Origin: an uncultured Candidatus Micrarchaeota archaeon
GTDB lineage: Archaea > Micrarchaeota > Micrarchaeia > Anstonellales > Bilamarchaeaceae
NCBI GenBank assembly: GCA_963804385.1
Contig: CAWDQD010000009.1
Span: 80,831 to 144,830 of the forward strand
Length of the DNA stretch: 64,000 bases
Direction of reading: 5' to 3'
A program made the position numbers and the translations under genes. This document shows positions 59,001 through 64,000 of the stretch, one piece after another (the stretch's first letter is position 1; each line of letters opens with the position of its first letter). Below the pieces are notes generated by a model that had not been told where the DNA came from, did not search any database, and saw only the letters and a program-made list of their open reading frames with translations.

Positions 59001-62000
59001 GGGAACAACGCGACCGGAGGCGTCTCCGGCGGCGGCTATAACGGGTTCACCATGTACGGCAACTACACCACAGCTATCAACAACAGCGCGTACAACACCT
59101 CCAACGGCTTCCTCGTCTCCTCGGGCTACTACGCCAACTTCACGGGCAACAACGCGACCTTGGCAGGGAATGGATACGACATCTTCAACCCGAACAGCAC
59201 ATTCACCAACAACACTGCCACCTTGTGCTCAAACGGTTTCTATTCGGATTATGGCGCCACCTTCGAGCTGTTCAGCGGCGACAACGCGTCATCTGGAACC
59301 TACGCCTACGTAGTGGGGGGCAACAACACCTTCATCAGCGACACGGCATCCAACTCCACGATCGGCTTCGAGTTCGGCGCGGATTCCAACGTGAGCGGCA
59401 GCATGGCGTACAACTGCACCTACGGCCTGCACTCCAACGGCGGCTTCGGGAACATCGTGGCGAACAATACGTTCACCAACGACAGCTACGGCGGCTATCT
59501 GATGTACTCCGCCACAGACTCCGATTACATGAACAACAGCTTCATCGGAAACACCTACGGCTTCTCCCTGGGTTACCTAGCCGGTGACAACAATTTCAGC
59601 CAGAACACTTTCGCCAACAACTCGAAGTACGGCCTCCAGATAAACCAGTCCGACGAGGACGTGATGTCCGGCGACCACTTCTCCAACAACGGCCGCGACC
59701 TGATCGCGATGAACTACAGCGTCCTGAACATGTCCTACGTGGTCTTCGACAGCCCATCGGGGGACTACCAGAACTTCACCAACCTCTCCATCAACAACAC
59801 CGCCAACGACACTGGCTTCACCATCAACTGGACGACCAACGAATCCGTGCTTCCGAACGGCGCGTTCTCCTTCGCCCAGAAATTCGTGAACATCAGCCCG
59901 ATATCCGCTCCGGTAAACCTGGATTCCGTATCCTTCAGCTGGCTCGCTTCCGAGCTCCCGGGATACGACGAAGCGATATTCCAGCTCGTGGAGTACAATT
60001 CCACCGGATGGTACGTGATCAACGACACCCCGGATACGATGGGCCACACGCTCTCGTACACGGACCTGAGCCCGGAGAGCGATTACGGCATCCTGCAGAA
60101 CGGCCAGGTCTGCCCGGTCATCAACTCGAGCGGCACATACCTGCAGCCCAACAATTACGCCGGAGCATCGAACGACGCGTCAGAGATTACCTCGGGTGCC
60201 ATGGCGTGCGTGAAGATACTCGCCTCCGACGTGGTCTATGACTGCAACGGCTTCACCATCACCGGCGACAGCCCGGTCTCCATAGGGGTCCTGGTGGAGA
60301 ACGCCTCGAATGTCACGGTCCAGAACTGCAACGTCACCAGCTACACCTACGGCAACATCTATGCGAGCTATTCGAACGATTCCCTCTTCGTCAACGACAC
60401 GATACTGGACAATCCGGATTTCGGCATCGCCCTCGACCACTCGGACGGCAACACCATCGTCAACGACTCCATCGGGTCCACCTACGACACCGGCTTCTAC
60501 CTCCTCAACAGCTCGAACAACACGGTCATAAACAACTCCATCGACTTCAACGACAATTTCGGGTATTTCCTGGATGCAGATTCCGACAACAACACGGTGA
60601 TAGGGAACACGATACGCGACTCGCACAGCGTCGGCTTCCCGACATACGGGAGCAGCGGCAACGTCATCGAGTACAACACGATCGTGTCCCAGGACAATGT
60701 CGGCTTCGCGTCCTGGTTCGGCTCGACCAACGACAGCTTCATCGGCAACACGGTCGGCAACGCCACGGACGTGGGATTCTACGTCACGGGCTCGGACGAG
60801 CTCCTCGACAACAACTCGGTTCTCGCGAGCAACAACATCGGTTTCGAGATCGCGGGGAACGACACGCTCACCAACGACTTCGGCCAGGACTGCGCCGATG
60901 CCGCATTCTACATCTATGGCGATAACAACACCCTGGTGAACGATACCGCCAACGCCAGCATCCCCACTGTGGACGGCTTCATGGTCGGTTCTTCGGGCAA
61001 CCTGCTCATAAACAACACCATAAGCAACATCAGCGGCTACGGCTTCGACATCGTAGGGGATTCCAATGTGATGATCAACAACACCGCCCTCAACGAGCAG
61101 CCCAATGCCGACTTCGCCATCCCGGGCTACGGATTCTACATCAATGGAAACAATATGACCTCTTCCGGCAACTCGGTCTACAACAGCAGCGATTACGGCT
61201 TCTTCATAGGGACAGCGAACTCCTCCTTCAGCGGAGACATCGCCCAGGGCGCGCCGTCCGGCTTCTTCATCTCGACCTATTATGACAGCGGCGTGAGCGG
61301 CTACGTGCTGCCGCAATCCGACAACCTCTCGAACGAGACCGCATACGGCAACGGCGTCGGAATCGACATGAACGGCTCCAACGGCACCTTTGTGGATGGC
61401 GGCCACCTATACGGGAACGGCTTCGACATGCTGATCAACGATTCCACCGGTTCGCCGCTCTCAGTCGGCACCTCGGGCATGATTTTCGACAACCCGAGCG
61501 GCTCCATGGAGAACTTCACCAACCTGTCCATAAACGACACGGTGAACGACGGCGAATCGTACTCCGTCACATGGACCGCCAACGAGACCGTGCCCCCGCA
61601 CCAGTCTTTCGCCCAGAAATTCGTGAACATGACCACGCTCTCGGGTGCGCCGTCCATAGACTCTGCCGTGTGGAGCTGGCTGGCTTCCGAGCTCCCCGGA
61701 TACTCCGAGCACGACTTCCGGCTCTGGGGGTACAACTCCACCGGCTGGTTCATGCTCAACGACACGCCCGACACCATCGGGCACACCCTCTCGTATAATC
61801 TCAGCCCCGATGGCGATTACGGCATACTCACCAGCGTCGCAGCGCCCCTCATAGCGTTCGTCCCGCCTACTCCGGACAACGGAACGATCACCTACGACCA
61901 GAGCATCCTGGTGAACATAAGCGTGAACGAGACCTCCTTCCCGCTAGGGGACCTCGTCTTCGACTGGAACGGCAGCAGCGCCCAGGCGGCGAGCACGAAC

Positions 62001-64000
62001 CTTTCCCAGATAGGCGGCGAAGAGGATACGATCACCCTGTCCTGCCCAGCCGGGACCACGATCTCATCATACACCTCGAGGTGGGGCATCACATGCGCGT
62101 CGTGCGGCGGAGGGAATGGCGTGGATTGCGGAACCTGCGCGCCAGGAAATACATCCTGCACGGTGACATACGGCTCCGGCCAGTGCGGCGGTGACTGCAA
62201 CTTCGGCTGCTACAAGCCGAGCGAATTGAACCTGACATGCACTTCGACTCCGAACGATACGATGTACAACCCGGACCTAGTCCTCATGTACAATTTCGAT
62301 AATGTCTCCTCGCTAGGGGAAGACAACAGCCACGTCACGGACATGAGCATGTACGGCAACAACGCCACGTGCACGGACCCGGACTGCCCCGTATGGACGC
62401 CGGACGGGGAATACGGCGGCGCATACGCGTTCGATGGAGTGCAGGATTATTTCACGGCCGGCAACCTGGACCAGAACCTGCTGACGGTTTCCGCTTGGAT
62501 AAACAAGGGATCGGACTCGGGAGAAAACATGTACATCCTCCATTCCCAAAATGACGGCGGCTTCGGCTTCGGCGTGACCACGGACAATCATCTCTATCTC
62601 GAATGGCGCGGCCACTTCACGACCAGCTCGACAGCTACGGTCACCGATGGCGTATGGCACCTCGTCTCTGTATCTTACGATGGCGCCCACGCGATATTCT
62701 ACATAGATGGCGTCCAGGCGGGGATATCGGACTTCTCGGTAAGCTATGGCGGAGGCGGAAACTACTTCATCGGAACCTCCGGTGACGGAGACTCCTATTT
62801 CAACGGCACGATGGACGAGCTGCGCGTCTACAACCGCTCGCTCTTACCAACCGAGATCCAGCAGCTCTACACATCCAACCTGAACAAGTACGATTCCGGC
62901 AAATGGGACTTCATCTCCAACCGGTCGTTCGGAGTGTTCCCTGTCGGCGACTACAATTTCACCTATTTCGGCTGCGCGTCCGACACGGAAGGCAACGAGA
63001 ATTGCACAGAGAACCGGGAGATAACCTACCGCGTCATACCCCCGCTGATAGCCTTCGCCCCACCGACCCCTGATGATGGCATCACGATCTTGAGCAACGA
63101 AACGTCATCAATACCGATAAACGTCAGCGTCAACATGACGACCTACCAGATCGGGAACGGGGTATTGGACTTCAACGGCACCAACTACACCATGCCCGGA
63201 GGCAACCCCGCCCTCGCGGGCGATTCAGTGCTCATATACGATTTCGACGACAACACCACTAACGTCACGGACGCGAGCCCATCCGGCGACAACGCCTCAT
63301 GCTCAGGCTCCTGCCCCGTCTGGACCCCCGACGGCAAGTACGGCGGCTCGTTCCAGTTCGACGGCTACAGCCAGTATCTCACGACCAATGACAACCTGGA
63401 CATGAACCAGTTCACATTGTCCGCCTGGGTCAAGAGGGACGGCACCGGCAACACCCCGATGATCTTGGGCGCGCCCAACGGCTGGGGCGTATACTTCGAA
63501 TCAGACAATACCCTGCACCTCACGCATGTAGGCTTCAATAACGTGGGCTCCGCAGGCACCGTCGCGGACACCACCAGCTGGCACCACGTCGCAGTCACCT
63601 ATGACGGCTCGGAGGTCATGTTCTACATAGACGGGGTCTTCGCGGGCGAGCAACCCTATACGGACACATTCGTCTCAGGCGGCCCATACACCGTAGGAGC
63701 CCTGGACTACTACGGCCTCCAGGATTATTTCAACGGTAAGATAGACGACCTGCGCGTCTACGACCGCGCCCTATCTGACGCGGAGATATCCAACCTCTAC
63801 TCCACCAGCGCGTATTCGCCTGACTTCTATTACTCGGCCAACATCACGCCGCGCAGCCCGTACGGGATCTCCAACCTCACGTACTACGCATGCGCCTATG
63901 ATATCGAAGGAAACCAGAACTGCACCGAGACGAGGAGCATCCTGTTCGATAACTTCAACTGCCCGATAATCAACGAAAGCGGGACATTCGTGCAGGACAT
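53025..64000 (+). CDS. Giant secreted surface glycoprotein (more than 3650 aa, truncated by the window end): beta-helix (NosD/PbH1) blocks, Ig-like linkers, SUEL-like lectin, two LamG domains
   Basis: ATG 53025 gives signal peptide MKGDIIYAATLLLILLLPSISFA. The window ends in the same frame (CPIINESGTFVQD) and the track lists no terminated ORF in that frame. TATA at about 52996-53003. Confidence 0.88.
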   Translation, partial: MKGDIIYAATLLLILLLPSISFAISVTSCQNITSPGYYQLTSDLVGQPLNSSDVLDGSYACLRLNSSDIILDCNGQTITSDDNSVTSIGILTDDSSGTIFNNITVENCAVSNYSYGIYVGGIENSTVRNNTVAYQSGLGLWGFYFDGSVTDVDNVTVANNTADSYDSGFYLSGNFANDTISGNLAEYTNTGFVFSTSYTQSQPTDNSIINNVANEGESGFDIYNSINDTVANNVVSNSNSNGFSVTSQNMTFTNNTAVNGSNLYPIIYGFYFQGTGLNVTNNNAASYPYGFIIEAASNSTFDNNTAYDGYNIGFDIYGIGYSNISDNTAYNNSGVGFSVDEYYAPLYNNIYSGNNATQDSTGFEFSYIGQDNVTDNTAYNNSDMGFEMSNMDTINFTNNTAMNNTNAGFTFSTTASSLILNNTAIGNSIGLSLNASGGNSIDNNTFQENALYDLWVNSDSCGNDVSNNTGSGNRPIMFSGQQSVSLSSVDASEVILCQADGSTLDHVTADGSASLNNNGIFIVDTNGANISYPVSSNNRYGIYLLSDSGINVTNGVFNNNQFHGISLQGTDSSLIQDNTAQNNGQYDVFVNASSPLQCTNDISGTIASGGKPIAYYNQSTSLSGDNSHAEIILCDASYSSIDNVVVHGSNNDGMLVISTDYSNITNSVSSNNYLGMSFLYSSYNNISGDTTDNNVADGILLDHSDYNSLSGDTETGNGGLPIDILDSYGNLIGSPIPISSCSNLTSTGWYILNADLSINSTSDALECFNISASDVVLDCMGHQINYTGNSTSGTAGIVLSPGVIGASVLNCNVFNFSTGISGSGISYSSFDHNTINTTTSGGEGIYATGTGITLTNNVAVYTSGGGFSITSDDALIDNNTALFDYDGFELTGSGDTVTGNIANFSTNGGFSQSGDYALFENNTVVNNYGGFYLSGYSSEITNNTAINNSRENSQAAFYCAEGSSNITDNYGSGNIIGILLPGSFSSSNNYVQGNDMSGNSIYGIDVGSYSFYNNITGNLLQNNGWYDIFVDSNACTNDITDNVGSGGRPINFTNTPVSWSGLSDFSEIILCQADGSTLDHVTVPSSGHDGILLQQTSNSTINFSVSSGNFNGIYLDGGVNDTIVNSVFNSNYNGISLTQSDSNVVSNDTADNNQNGIMLTESTDNTIAGNAQENNQYDLFVHPGGDAYGSSCDNNITGVTGSGGKQVLFTNVTQNLQNNNAYSEIILCGANNSVLNGVTVSGSASLNNSGIVLINTFYSIVNQSTSSNNYNGIYLIYSDEDNITNNTLTGDVVGVRFDSSNNDTIAGNVISSSVDTGILSPAGYLDNPTHSYYPFPSSNLYGSLYSTSGSSFYDDIRNNSVTSSGMAGMFIADTGANLIRWNMVSGSGQYGLFVDNFRPAYFFDDINVQYNYTYAFISNNTITNNGWDGIRFDGHDYGYNCNGFDCSYATITNNTVAGNNYGIWQTDADYNNYSNNNATLNRYDGISIDQSSRFNTLVNNSVASNGWNGIEVYDSDQNFEANNTARNNTQDGFKLFVYANNNVLVNNTAYNNSENGFRVDGNSTSNQLSYNNATNNSNDGFLILSNSGDNTLDHDQGIKNNNNGFEMIGAAAFNTVSFSNASNNTNSGIWVYQTPQASILNNNASNNKNGNGIGLDGSSANLVSNNYVYNTTSSDGILIGYGSNYNDIYNNTAIKGIYGISIYAFSDYNDAENNTVSNATSDRAMSVGGFSNSNTVVNNVVYNNSNGGLVIWDVSTSNWLYNNTAFRDGPYGIRVDQNSNSNLLQNNTVYNTSTAGINIDNSTGNVLVGNNVSRSPRNYYISNNSAYTNITGNIAYNSSSYDFNIDNSTNCALYNNTASYAFRGYYISGGSNYTNITSNIAYNSTGQGFFVESNTAFVVLDSNSQNIGFAGYVVGSSYTLINNNTARNETYGDAFDVSGGYDNLTNNYERNDSGNYVYDLTGSDLLIVNNTASASGVTYALFLSNGVNNTFIGNNATGGVSGGGYNGFTMYGNYTTAINNSAYNTSNGFLVSSGYYANFTGNNATLAGNGYDIFNPNSTFTNNTATLCSNGFYSDYGATFELFSGDNASSGTYAYVVGGNNTFISDTASNSTIGFEFGADSNVSGSMAYNCTYGLHSNGGFGNIVANNTFTNDSYGGYLMYSATDSDYMNNSFIGNTYGFSLGYLAGDNNFSQNTFANNSKYGLQINQSDEDVMSGDHFSNNGRDLIAMNYSVLNMSYVVFDSPSGDYQNFTNLSINNTANDTGFTINWTTNESVLPNGAFSFAQKFVNISPISAPVNLDSVSFSWLASELPGYDEAIFQLVEYNSTGWYVINDTPDTMGHTLSYTDLSPESDYGILQNGQVCPVINSSGTYLQPNNYAGASNDASEITSGAMACVKILASDVVYDCNGFTITGDSPVSIGVLVENASNVTVQNCNVTSYTYGNIYASYSNDSLFVNDTILDNPDFGIALDHSDGNTIVNDSIGSTYDTGFYLLNSSNNTVINNSIDFNDNFGYFLDADSDNNTVIGNTIRDSHSVGFPTYGSSGNVIEYNTIVSQDNVGFASWFGSTNDSFIGNTVGNATDVGFYVTGSDELLDNNSVLASNNIGFEIAGNDTLTNDFGQDCADAAFYIYGDNNTLVNDTANASIPTVDGFMVGSSGNLLINNTISNISGYGFDIVGDSNVMINNTALNEQPNADFAIPGYGFYINGNNMTSSGNSVYNSSDYGFFIGTANSSFSGDIAQGAPSGFFISTYYDSGVSGYVLPQSDNLSNETAYGNGVGIDMNGSNGTFVDGGHLYGNGFDMLINDSTGSPLSVGTSGMIFDNPSGSMENFTNLSINDTVNDGESYSVTWTANETVPPHQSFAQKFVNMTTLSGAPSIDSAVWSWLASELPGYSEHDFRLWGYNSTGWFMLNDTPDTIGHTLSYNLSPDGDYGILTSVAAPLIAFVPPTPDNGTITYDQSILVNISVNETSFPLGDLVFDWNGSSAQAASTNLSQIGGEEDTITLSCPAGTTISSYTSRWGITCASCGGGNGVDCGTCAPGNTSCTVTYGSGQCGGDCNFGCYKPSELNLTCTSTPNDTMYNPDLVLMYNFDNVSSLGEDNSHVTDMSMYGNNATCTDPDCPVWTPDGEYGGAYAFDGVQDYFTAGNLDQNLLTVSAWINKGSDSGENMYILHSQNDGGFGFGVTTDNHLYLEWRGHFTTSSTATVTDGVWHLVSVSYDGAHAIFYIDGVQAGISDFSVSYGGGGNYFIGTSGDGDSYFNGTMDELRVYNRSLLPTEIQQLYTSNLNKYDSGKWDFISNRSFGVFPVGDYNFTYFGCASDTEGNENCTENREITYRVIPPLIAFAPPTPDDGITILSNETSSIPINVSVNMTTYQIGNGVLDFNGTNYTMPGGNPALAGDSVLIYDFDDNTTNVTDASPSGDNASCSGSCPVWTPDGKYGGSFQFDGYSQYLTTNDNLDMNQFTLSAWVKRDGTGNTPMILGAPNGWGVYFESDNTLHLTHVGFNNVGSAGTVADTTSWHHVAVTYDGSEVMFYIDGVFAGEQPYTDTFVSGGPYTVGALDYYGLQDYFNGKIDDLRVYDRALSDAEISNLYSTSAYSPDFYYSANITPRSPYGISNLTYYACAYDIEGNQNCTETRSILFDNFNCPIINESGTFVQD

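Noticed and set aside
56721-61406. Long minus-strand ORFs (544 aa, 408 aa and others)
   Set aside because: Val-rich antisense shadows of the AAC-rich giant plus-strand gene.

Overview
A gene-dense archaeal chromosomal window, most consistent with a GC-rich DPANN lineage such as Micrarchaeota. The lineage is inferred from gene style and a multi-intron tRNA, not from a search. In order, it contains: (1) a replication cluster (cdc6/orc1, priL-priS); (2) two single-domain KaiC-like ATPases flanking a UbiA prenyltransferase and a tandem-V4R gene; (3) an archaeal type IV pilus locus with a vWA tip adhesin, four minor pilins, an assembly ATPase, two TadB/C-like platform proteins and four tandem major pilins; (4) housekeeping and metabolic genes (dys, nnrD, pyrF, pyrC, scpA, sepF, hppA, a CBS-HPF hibernation factor, trpE/G/D with a TrpY-like regulator, sod-ahpC, lrpA, leuA, a DRG GTPase); (5) a two-intron tRNA-Trp; (6) two AAA+ ATPases with membrane-associated regions; (7) a bacterial-style membrane Ser/Thr kinase; and (8) a giant secreted beta-helix/LamG surface protein of more than 3650 codons that runs off the window end and is absent from the ORF track. 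The most striking unannotated signal is a short leader ORF upstream of leuA. It ends in four consecutive Leu codons, and sequence within and just after those codons can pair with the leuA Shine-Dalgarno, making it a candidate ribosome-mediated leucine attenuator in an archaeon. No CRISPR array, rRNA gene or transposase was seen.
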